Origin: Bdellovibrionales bacterium
GTDB taxonomy: Bacteria > Bdellovibrionota > Bdellovibrionia > Bdellovibrionales > UBA1609
Direction of reading: 5' to 3'
Length of the DNA stretch: 64,000 nt
Assembly (NCBI GenBank): GCA_027317865.1
Contig: DAHVQG010000006.1
Location: 1-64,000 of the forward strand
Positions 12,262 to 20,600 of this stretch are shown in pieces. The notes beneath the pieces are model-generated. The model saw only the letters and a program-made list of their open reading frames with translations, had not been told where the DNA came from and did not search any database. A program made the translations under genes and the position numbers. The first letter of the stretch is position 1; every line of letters starts with the position of its first letter.

Positions 12262-13482
12262 ATGTCAGTCTCTCTTCAGTTCGCCGATATGTCGCTAAGT
12301 GCGCCGCTTGCCAAAGCCATCGCTAAGATGGGTTTTACGAACCCGACAGCAATTCAAGAAAAGGCTATTCCAATTATTTCAAAAGGAACCGACACGATTT
12401 CACTCGCCGAAACCGGCTCCGGTAAAACCGCAGCCTATTTGATTCCGCTGATTTCGCACCTGCTCGAAAACAAAGAAAAGCACGCGTTGATTTTAGCGCC
12501 AACGCGCGAATTGGCGACTCAAATCGGCAGCGTGATAAAAGAGTTTACGCTTTTTGCGCCGGAAATTAATTTTGCTATTATCATCGGAGGTGCTCCGATG
12601 TTTAAACAAATCAAACAACTCGAGCGCAAACCACGCATCATCGTCGCCACACCCGGCCGGTTGGTCGATCACATGCGCCGCGGCTCCGCTAATTTCAAAC
12701 AATTGAGTCACCTGATTTTGGACGAAGCCGACCGGATGTTTGACATGGGGTTTGCGCCACAGGTGAACGAAGTTGTGCGGCGAATTCCGGTGCAGAGACA
12801 GACCCTGTTATTTTCGGCGACCTTCCCAAAAGAAATTCGTGAACTTGCCGGGCGCGTTTTGCGAAATCCGGTTGAAATTGAAATAAGCAAAACTCAATTG
12901 CCGCCGAAGGTAATTAGCCAACGAATGATCGCGGTGGGCGCGGCCAACAAAAACGATCGCACTCTCGATTTGATCAATGCCGCCACGGGGTCAGTTATCG
13001 TCTTTACGCGCACAAAAAGGCGCACGGATCGGCTCGCACGTTATCTTGAGGAGTATGGCGTTAAGGTGACCCGTATTCATGGTGACCGCAGTCAGGGTCA
13101 GCGCAATAAATCGATCGACGGTTTTAAATCGGGTTTGTATCGCGTGATGGTTGCCACTGATATCGCGGCACGCGGGCTTGATATTTCTGATATTTCGGAT
13201 GTCATCAATTACGACCTTCCAATGACCACTGAAGATTATGTTCATCGCATCGGCCGTACGGGTCGCGCTGGGCAAAATGGTCAAGCTCTGACACTCGTTG
13301 CTCCTGAAGAGGTTCATGACTGGACCCAAATTGCGCGGAAAATGGGTTTGCCGTTACCTGAGAACGCTAGCAAATCGAAGTCTCGCCCCAATGGCCATAT
13401 CCATCAACACGCTCATCGACGTACTGATCGTCGCGATAATCAGCGCAATAATCCGCGCAATGATCAACGTAAATGGCGATAA
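12262..13482 (+). CDS. DEAD-box RNA helicase (RhlE-like)
   Basis: Q motif, AETGSGKT, PTRELA, DEAD, SAT, HRIGRTGRAG; AAAGGA RBS before ATG 12262. Confidence 0.95.
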   Translation: MSVSLQFADMSLSAPLAKAIAKMGFTNPTAIQEKAIPIISKGTDTISLAETGSGKTAAYLIPLISHLLENKEKHALILAPTRELATQIGSVIKEFTLFAPEINFAIIIGGAPMFKQIKQLERKPRIIVATPGRLVDHMRRGSANFKQLSHLILDEADRMFDMGFAPQVNEVVRRIPVQRQTLLFSATFPKEIRELAGRVLRNPVEIEISKTQLPPKVISQRMIAVGAANKNDRTLDLINAATGSVIVFTRTKRRTDRLARYLEEYGVKVTRIHGDRSQGQRNKSIDGFKSGLYRVMVATDIAARGLDISDISDVINYDLPMTTEDYVHRIGRTGRAGQNGQALTLVAPEEVHDWTQIARKMGLPLPENASKSKSRPNGHIHQHAHRRTDRRDNQRNNPRNDQRKWR

Positions 13483-13785
13483 ATAGTTATTGGGCCCAAA
13501 TCGAAAACCGAGTCATTTAGGCCATTGTTGCCGACCTCGCGCAAAATTTAATGCCATTGTCCGCATCCAGCAAATATGTCACCGAGGACTGCGTTTCCGT
13601 TTCTGAATTTCTTGGTTAGCGCTTCGAGACAGGTATGGCTTCAATTTTCGTGTATTGAAAGTCACCTCAATTCCCGTCACTTTTATATCCGACATCCGAT
13701 GAATACATCCATAGCCAACTGTATAGGTTTTATACAGTTTAAACGTCGGAACTCGATGGAATTTGCTCCACACAGGCGGCGGCAG

Positions 13786-13801
13786 TGGAATAAAAATTGC
13801 T
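13786..13801 (+). promoter_or_regulatory. sigma54-type promoter
   Basis: TGGAATAAAAATTGCT, GG-N10-GC, upstream of GAGGGGG RBS and ATG 13824. Confidence 0.55.
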
Positions 13802-13823
13802 TTTTCTTTTAATGAGGGGGGTT

Positions 13824-14846
13824 ATGGCAATTTCAATATGGTTTGCATCCGGCACTGTAATTTTATTTTGGTTCGCCTTCGCTCGGCGCAAACGCCCCAA
13901 CTCTCTATATGAACCCTTTCAAGATCATGCGACGGACCAAGATATTCGAACCGCAATTATTGAGCGGCGCAGTCGGCAGTTTGGCTATGTAAATCCTCCG
14001 GAAATTCCGAAAGTCATCGAATTAAACGATGGTTCGGCACCCACACCATCATATTGTTCACAATTTCAAAAACTGAATTTGGCGGCGCCCAATGCAACAC
14101 TTAGGTTTAATAGTTTATCGACGCCTTCAATAACCGTAAAAAAACCACTGTCTGTTGTGGCTTGCGCATTAGTTGCGTTCCTATTGGCCATACATTTTTA
14201 CCCCGCACAGGTGAGTTCAGTTGAAGATATAATTAGTTACGAGATTGAAAATATTGAAACTCCCCAAGTTACTTTAGCGCAGCCTGAAAATTTAAGCCGT
14301 ATTGATACCTCAGCTCTATACGCCGTTGTTGGCTCAATGACCCCCGCGCCTACGAAACCTCGCTCTCTTTCATCGCTGACCGGTGGGTTAACCGTCCAAA
14401 GCATACCATCAGGCGCCGAGATTTATATAAACGGCATTGATGCAGATCAAACCACACCTGCGGTCGTCAACGTCCCTAAGAATAATAAATTTTCAGTTGA
14501 GCTTAAGCTGAACCGATACCAACATTACAACAAAAGTAATTTAACATTAAACCTCGCCAAACCAATTCTTACCGCCGAGCTTCAAAAAGCAGTAATCGGA
14601 TACGTTGACATCGACGTTAAACCGCCTGTTGATAACAACATTTACATAAATAACCATGAGCTTAAGAATAATGAGTTGCCGATCAGTGATTTTGCCATAC
14701 CCGCAAATACTCCTGTTACGATACGGGCTGTGAACGACTCAAATGGATCTTCGGCGGAACGCACCATACGATTAAGCGACAATGAACACGTCGCTGTCAT
14801 TTTGCATCTTGACGATGCAACCCGACCTGCGGTTACCCCCCTTTGA
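13824..14846 (+). CDS. Membrane-anchored PEGA-domain protein
   Basis: Two hydrophobic segments; LTVQSIPSGAEIYINGID...TTP PEGA signature. Confidence 0.75.
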   Translation: MAISIWFASGTVILFWFAFARRKRPNSLYEPFQDHATDQDIRTAIIERRSRQFGYVNPPEIPKVIELNDGSAPTPSYCSQFQKLNLAAPNATLRFNSLSTPSITVKKPLSVVACALVAFLLAIHFYPAQVSSVEDIISYEIENIETPQVTLAQPENLSRIDTSALYAVVGSMTPAPTKPRSLSSLTGGLTVQSIPSGAEIYINGIDADQTTPAVVNVPKNNKFSVELKLNRYQHYNKSNLTLNLAKPILTAELQKAVIGYVDIDVKPPVDNNIYINNHELKNNELPISDFAIPANTPVTIRAVNDSNGSSAERTIRLSDNEHVAVILHLDDATRPAVTPL

Positions 14847-14847
14847 T

Positions 14848-14914
14848 CTTTTTGAATTTTTGTGTCGTAACCCGGTACCCACAATTATAAAAACCACAAA
14901 GTAATTCAAAAAAA
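14848..14914. terminator. Imperfect inverted repeat between convergent genes
   Basis: CTTTTTGAATTTTTGTG ... CACAAAGTAATTCAAAAAAAG. Confidence 0.3.
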
Positions 14915-14919
14915 GTCGA

Positions 14920-15738
14920 CTACTTCTTAGCCGCACCGACCTCGAACAAATCGAGCGTAACCGCATAAACACGTTCGTCTTTCGCTTCAGCGATTATGGG
15001 TTCAGACTCTTCGATAGTTTGAAGGAGAAAAGCCCGAATTTTCATCGCAGCTGAATGCGAAATACTCATAACAGATGAATAGTGAAGATCATCACGACTC
15101 TTTCGATCTAATGAGCGCATCGATTCCATCCGCCAGTTGAGATGATGTGATCGAAGGGCGAGAGATCTCTCACCCAGATGAAGGCGTTTTTCGATGGGCA
15201 CAAAATAAATACCTTGTCTTCTAACCAATCGAAATTTTTCAAGGTTGTATAAGACGTCAATCGACTCCTCTATAGTGATCCCCAGATAATCCGCAATGCT
15301 TTCAGCAGTCCGCAAATTCGAGATACGTATGCACATATGCACGGCAGTATATGTCCATTTACTGTAGTAAATGTTTTTATCCGCCAGACTCAAATCTTTC
15401 GATTTATGTATGCGGCTTTGAACTTCTTTTCTCGCAGATAAAATTGCGTCGATTCGCTTTTGATGAAATGTTCGCAATTTGGCGGAGCCAGCGCGATCCT
15501 TCTCAACCAATAGCAAAAAGTATTCTTGCTCATCGGAGGACAAATGCAGAAATTCAGAAATTAGCAGGCTGTGTTCTAAACTAAAATCCGCTGGCCCTGA
15601 TAAGACCTGTGAAACGAACCCCAATTTACAATTTAGAAATTCAGCAAGACGGCTGCGTCCGCCACGGCCGGCTCCGGTGACCGGCAACGCCGCCCTTAAA
15701 AATGGCTTATATTCAGCAAATTCAAAAACGTTAAGCAC
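14920..15738 (-). CDS. TIGR02147/DUF4423-like HTH protein (copy 1)
   Basis: ~272 aa; N-terminal FEF..Y..FL, HTH 'SQVLSG', EYFLLLV...RAG, YYSKW.Y.A, HH.NWR, C-terminal LDLF. Confidence 0.85.
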   Translation of the reverse strand: MLNVFEFAEYKPFLRAALPVTGAGRGGRSRLAEFLNCKLGFVSQVLSGPADFSLEHSLLISEFLHLSSDEQEYFLLLVEKDRAGSAKLRTFHQKRIDAILSARKEVQSRIHKSKDLSLADKNIYYSKWTYTAVHMCIRISNLRTAESIADYLGITIEESIDVLYNLEKFRLVRRQGIYFVPIEKRLHLGERSLALRSHHLNWRMESMRSLDRKSRDDLHYSSVMSISHSAAMKIRAFLLQTIEESEPIIAEAKDERVYAVTLDLFEVGAAKK

Positions 15739-15891
15739 TCGATCCCCGAATTCGGCCAGTGGGTCAAATTTTTACATATTAATTAAATACTTAATATATT
15801 CTCATATTATTATAAATATCAGGCAAGAGATTTTTAACACAAGCGGGTATAGTCGAGCGCAACAATAATCTTAAGACCTGAGGAGGTCGTT

Positions 15892-16590
15892 ATGCTTAAG
15901 AAGTTAATATTAACCATTTTTGTGCTGGCCTGCTACGCGCCGAACTCCAATGCCGCTCAATGGGTTGTGAAAGTTAAATCGGTTACCCAACAATATTGCA
16001 ACGTTCGAATCTCGCGTGATGGTCGGGTAATTGATTACAAAGATATAGGGACACAATTACCGACATTTGTTCAGTCAGTTATGCGCGAAATACCGGTTAG
16101 CCAAAGATTTTCAGTTGAAACGCAGTCAAATCAAACAACAATTCGATTTTCAAAAAATAGGCTTTTCAATACAACGGGCAGCTCGTACTCCAGCTGCTTG
16201 AGTGCCGATATGGCGAGGGCCCCTGAACTGACCCCAAAAGGTGCCGACACGTACCTTTTGCCGAATACTCGCCATTCGTGGTTGGATCTCTGCATGAAAA
16301 CTGACGACGGGTTAAGCGGCGAATGCATTTATTCAAAAGGGATTCCGCTTTTCATCCCCTCGAATCGAAAAACATTTGCTTGTTCGAATGTGCCTTCTAC
16401 CGAATTTATTTTAGCCACTCGCCCACTCGGCCGCGATGGATATTTAGACGGAAGCTCAACGGATAACATATCGCTCGGAACAATTTCAGGAGCTGGCAAA
16501 ATAGACAAATCGTCTGGTCCGGGCGGTCTGCAAGTGAATGTTCGATGCCATACGGTGACGATCTCGCCAGTTCCACGCAACGAACAATAA
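15892..16590 (+). CDS. Secreted Cys-containing hypothetical protein
   Basis: GAGGAGG RBS; signal peptide; divergent from TIGR02147 copy 1. Confidence 0.75.
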   Translation: MLKKLILTIFVLACYAPNSNAAQWVVKVKSVTQQYCNVRISRDGRVIDYKDIGTQLPTFVQSVMREIPVSQRFSVETQSNQTTIRFSKNRLFNTTGSSYSSCLSADMARAPELTPKGADTYLLPNTRHSWLDLCMKTDDGLSGECIYSKGIPLFIPSNRKTFACSNVPSTEFILATRPLGRDGYLDGSSTDNISLGTISGAGKIDKSSGPGGLQVNVRCHTVTISPVPRNEQ

Positions 16591-16591
16591 A

Positions 16592-16607
16592 TGGCACGTT
16601 TTTTGGA
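16592..16607 (+). promoter_or_regulatory. sigma54-like promoter (consensus -24, variant -12)
   Basis: TGGCACGTTTTTTGGA; lies upstream of GAGGA RBS and TTG 16642. Confidence 0.4.
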
Positions 16608-16641
16608 TGTGTTTTATAAGTTTAACGATTTGAGGACCACA

Positions 16642-17532
16642 TTGCGCTTAAAATCAAATTTAACTTTATTCGCGGCCACTTTTTGTCTCTTACTTTTGCC
16701 GTTAACGGCAATTGCGGGCGGCGCCACAAGTGGCGGCGGCGATGATGTGGGCATCGAAGTAAAACAAGTTCTTGGCATTGTGACCGACATGATCAAAAGT
16801 GACCATACTCTCCTCACAAAACAAATTAAGGCTAAATTGCTCGCCAAGGCCGCGAGCATAAAGAAAATCATTGTGGTCAACCATAACCTTCCTGTTGAAA
16901 CCGCTGTTGGCACACAGAATGGTGAAGCATTTAGCCGATCTAATCGCCAATTCTCAATAATGAAAATTGTGCGGCAAAGGTGGCTGCAAGATGATGCCCC
17001 GTATAGACAAGAAACACTCATATTTCACGAACTCGCCGTGATGGCGGGAATTGAAACCACTGGGGACTATCATTTGTCCATTCAATTTCAAAAAGAACGC
17101 GAAGCTTTTTGGGAACACATGCTAGCAAACGGCGTGGCCTGCACAGTTAGTCTTTTTACGCAAAAGAAAAACCCATTTGATAATAGTTTAGAACCGGGTG
17201 AATACATCATTTCTAGCGGGTTTGTCATGAATTCTACAACGAGTGTCCGCGGAGGGTTTGTGAATATTAAACATCTTAGCAGCAATGACCGGCTTCAAAA
17301 TAAGTCGGTCATTTTTCGATATATTACGTCTGGCACGGGCTATCTTCGCGGAATGTTTTCAGATGCAACGATAGTCAACGCGGCGACCAGCGACGCATTC
17401 TTCACTTCGGTTTGGAACAATTCTAATGAGATCACTTATTTTACGCCCTATGATTTAATAGCTGGCAGCCGCCAGCCCATATTTAGAAAATGGTCTAAAT
17501 ATTTCACTATGGTTTCATGCGCGAAATTGTAA
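16642..17532 (+). CDS. Secreted Gly-motif/'HE' protein (copy 1)
   Basis: Signal AIA|GGATSGGGD; RW....RQETLIFHELAV; start reassigned from 16591 to TTG 16642 on RBS and signal length. Confidence 0.75.
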   Translation: MRLKSNLTLFAATFCLLLLPLTAIAGGATSGGGDDVGIEVKQVLGIVTDMIKSDHTLLTKQIKAKLLAKAASIKKIIVVNHNLPVETAVGTQNGEAFSRSNRQFSIMKIVRQRWLQDDAPYRQETLIFHELAVMAGIETTGDYHLSIQFQKEREAFWEHMLANGVACTVSLFTQKKNPFDNSLEPGEYIISSGFVMNSTTSVRGGFVNIKHLSSNDRLQNKSVIFRYITSGTGYLRGMFSDATIVNAATSDAFFTSVWNNSNEITYFTPYDLIAGSRQPIFRKWSKYFTMVSCAKL

Positions 17533-17612
17533 CAGAGCCCGCAGTCACCTCTTTTTTCGCTTGCCAGATCTAGTAAGTTCTTGCCGAGAATTATTGGGTT
17601 AAAATAGAGTTG

Positions 17613-18422
17613 TCACTTTCTTACCCAGAAAAAATCTATATTGAAACAAGCGATGGCTTCAGCTTCAGAACCGATGGCTTGATCGGTGACTTCTTTGATG
17701 ATTTCGGCGAGGCGATTTCGAATTTTATTAAAATCCGATCTTGAAACCGAAAGCGGCGCTGTGTACATGAGCTCCTCTTGGGCAATATTGTCGCTTGCTT
17801 CGATCGCACGCAATCGCCAATTCGTGTGGTGTTTTGTTAAATGCACTGAACCACGCGGGAGATGAATACTTTGCGGACCCATTTTATAGCGGCCATTTTC
17901 AACAAGGCACAAATGAGTATCGGCTAAAAAATGTAAAATCTCGGTTGCACGCTCTCGATTGATCTCAAAATGATGGCTTACTTCATCTAAACTCCGCCCA
18001 TTCGGGAGCGACGTTAAAAGCCAAATGGCTGCGTATAGCCAGTGCGAATAAAAAATTGATTTTTCTTCTTCAGTCAGATCCCGGTCATGTCGAACATGTT
18101 GGCTGATTTCAAGCGACTTTTCTCTGATATCCATCAGTTTTTGTTTATAGTACTTACGAAGCTTTGCCGTACCCGCGCGCTGAAATTGTACAAGCGTCAA
18201 AAAGTATTCCGTTTCTTGATTTGTTAAATCGAGGTACTCACATACGAGTTGCGCTTGTTCGAGACTCAAATCTTTTAGCCCATTGAGCACCTGACTAATA
18301 AGGCTCGGATGAACCTTCGAAAATTGCGCCAAGCGATTGATTTCACCACGACCTTTTTTGGGCAGTTTGGCGATAAAAGAGCGCAAAAATCTGCGATAAT
18401 CATCGGTTTCAAATATATTCAT
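17613..18422 (-). CDS. TIGR02147/DUF4423-like HTH protein (copy 2)
   Basis: MNIFETDDYRRFL, SQVLNG.KDLSLEQA, EYFLTLV..QRAG, FYSHW.Y.A, HHTNWR, NIDFF. Confidence 0.9.
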   Translation of the reverse strand: MNIFETDDYRRFLRSFIAKLPKKGRGEINRLAQFSKVHPSLISQVLNGLKDLSLEQAQLVCEYLDLTNQETEYFLTLVQFQRAGTAKLRKYYKQKLMDIREKSLEISQHVRHDRDLTEEEKSIFYSHWLYAAIWLLTSLPNGRSLDEVSHHFEINRERATEILHFLADTHLCLVENGRYKMGPQSIHLPRGSVHLTKHHTNWRLRAIEASDNIAQEELMYTAPLSVSRSDFNKIRNRLAEIIKEVTDQAIGSEAEAIACFNIDFFWVRK

Positions 18423-18529
18423 AACCCACATACTATCAATTAGTTATATTAATTATAATACTAAACGTATTGTAAAACAGTGAATTAATACAAAATTGAT
18501 ATGGAAGGATCGGACAGTACGCGTTATTG

Positions 18530-18545
18530 TGGCTCCGTAATTGCA
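18530..18545 (+). promoter_or_regulatory. sigma54-type promoter
   Basis: TGGCTCCGTAATTGCA, near-consensus, 22 nt before ATG 18568. Confidence 0.65.
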
Positions 18546-18567
18546 CGAACATGTGAGGAGCTAACAA

Positions 18568-19785
18568 ATGAGCACGTTTCGGATGAATACATCACTATTT
18601 GGCCGGCTGGGCCTTACAATTTTTGTCCTACTGTCGAGCGCCTATGCACTTGCCGGCGGCGTTGCTGGTGGCGGCCAAGGTGGCTTTTGCGTCAACACAA
18701 TTTGCGTTACTCTAGCCGAAGCAGGATTTCGTATTCAACAACCTTATGTAAACGCCCCAGTAGTCCCGCCCGCGGCGTTCGTTGCAACAAAAAGGATTCT
18801 TTCCAAATTAAACATCCCGGAAGGGATCAAAACAGACATCAAAGAATCCGCATTCGCGAACGACGGCGGGCAGTTTCTTCGCGTTAAATCTTACAATCCA
18901 AAGAAATTTGAACAGTACCGCGACGAGTATCTAAATTTACTTAAGAAGTATGATTTTAAGGCAACGGGTTTTAAACTCTTTGCCGTCTCAAATCCATCAA
19001 CGGAAACCACTTACTTACTTCCTGAATTCTATCACCTGACGCCATTTCAACAGGGACTTGTGCTTATTCACGAGGGAATTGTGAGATACACTGGTTCCGT
19101 CATGCTTGCATTAAAGCTGGACGGGGCAATTTTAGATACACTCAAAGGCAAGCCCGCAAGGCTCCAAATTCTCGAAGTGATTTTACGCGAGAATCACATT
19201 TTAACCTCAACAATGCCGATAGGTTCATACGATTGGGCAATGAAAAAGTATTTCGCCGATAGTTTTCTTCTCGACAATTTGCCAGGTAACTTTCCGATTA
19301 AAGTTAAAAAATTGTTGGGGCGAAATAACTACCAAACGAGTGCCGAAAACGATTCACTGTTGTACCAAGCTTCGCCAATGGCATACGAAGACGTAAAACA
19401 ATTTGGAATTACCAGCATCGACCCATGGCTTTTGCAGGACTATACCGAAGAGTTGTCGGTCTCTTGTGGCCACTCTGTGGTCGAAAGCGCGGCAAAATAT
19501 GGCCTTTCAGCAAACGGGGTTAATTGCAGCGAGGATGAGCAAAATGTTGGAATTCTCAAATCTGTTACAAACCGACCAGATATCACGAGTGCCTGCCAAT
19601 TTACGAATACAAATGGCAACTACGCTCTTCGACTTAGAAAACCATTACGCGGACATCTCACTGTAATTCTTGATTGCAAGAATAAAAAAATGACACAAGC
19701 GGGATTCCTTAGAATTCGTTTTGACTATCCGGATCTAAAACATAGTAGCCGCCGCAAGCCGCAAGGACTACAAACGATATACTAA
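18568..19785 (+). CDS. Secreted Gly-motif/'HE' protein (copy 2)
   Basis: GAGGAG RBS; signal ALA|GGVAGGGQGG; FYHLTPFQQGLVLIHEGIV. Confidence 0.8.
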   Translation: MSTFRMNTSLFGRLGLTIFVLLSSAYALAGGVAGGGQGGFCVNTICVTLAEAGFRIQQPYVNAPVVPPAAFVATKRILSKLNIPEGIKTDIKESAFANDGGQFLRVKSYNPKKFEQYRDEYLNLLKKYDFKATGFKLFAVSNPSTETTYLLPEFYHLTPFQQGLVLIHEGIVRYTGSVMLALKLDGAILDTLKGKPARLQILEVILRENHILTSTMPIGSYDWAMKKYFADSFLLDNLPGNFPIKVKKLLGRNNYQTSAENDSLLYQASPMAYEDVKQFGITSIDPWLLQDYTEELSVSCGHSVVESAAKYGLSANGVNCSEDEQNVGILKSVTNRPDITSACQFTNTNGNYALRLRKPLRGHLTVILDCKNKKMTQAGFLRIRFDYPDLKHSSRRKPQGLQTIY

Positions 19786-19805
19786 TATAAAATGGAGAAC
19801 TTGTT

Positions 19806-20342
19806 ATGATACAAATTAAAAAAAGCATTTTTAAAACAATATTTATTTTCAGCTCCATAGCACTCTCATTTGCAGCAAGTGCCAAGTGCCCCAATAGTGC
19901 TTCGACGATAAACGGTTCGCCTTATTTTAAGGGCGAAAACCTCATTGCAGAATGTACGACCGTCCTCCAGATGAAGGGGCCGCATGGTCTACCTGATCTT
20001 TGTATCTATTCCGGTACGGATACTGATTTAGGTGTACCATTTTTTGCCAGCTATAGTTCAAATCCACAAGATGAGTGGGGCACTGGAATCGAAGGGACAT
20101 ACGAAAATGATAAATCGCAAAACGACTCTTTGTCGATTTTACCCCATCAAATGGTGGGGACCCAAATCGGCTTGCGTGAATGCGGTTTTGGAACTTGCGG
20201 TGTCGGACTGCGCGACATTTTGACTTATAATAAAACCACCCAGCAACTGATCTACGAACGCGATGTAAAGCATTTGTTCTGGTGGGTGACAAAAGAAAAA
20301 GATGTGTTCGGATGCAGAAACGTTACCCCCTCAAATCACTAA
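19806..20342 (+). CDS. Secreted Cys-rich hypothetical protein
   Basis: GGAG RBS; signal peptide ending ASA; several cysteines. Confidence 0.7.
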   Translation: MIQIKKSIFKTIFIFSSIALSFAASAKCPNSASTINGSPYFKGENLIAECTTVLQMKGPHGLPDLCIYSGTDTDLGVPFFASYSSNPQDEWGTGIEGTYENDKSQNDSLSILPHQMVGTQIGLRECGFGTCGVGLRDILTYNKTTQQLIYERDVKHLFWWVTKEKDVFGCRNVTPSNH

Positions 20343-20600
20343 TCAACTAGGCTATGAATAATTTGAGTCAACCGTTTGGGGCCTTCGTGTGTTACAAGCT
20401 TCCGGGGCACCCAACGCTGTCGTTCGATCTGTTTCGCGCCAGATGCTGAATTCAACGCTAAGTCATTTTGTTGCTGGCAAAGTATAAGATTCGAGATATT
20501 TTCGATTTTTGATTGTTTAGCGATGAATTGGCGCCAGACTCGCGAATTGTGTACGTTGTAATCATAGGCGGAGTTTCTCGCGAACCGGATGGTCTAGTAA

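Noticed and set aside
13432-13470. 12-nt tandem repeats at the helicase 3' end
   Set aside because: Encode an ordinary low-complexity basic tail (RDNQ/RNNP/RNDQ).
13576-13812. Short ORFs on both strands after the helicase
   Set aside because: No recognisable motif or clear RBS; likely intergenic.
15844-15859. GG-N10-GC upstream of gene 15892
   Set aside because: Only the dinucleotides match; the rest is far from consensus.
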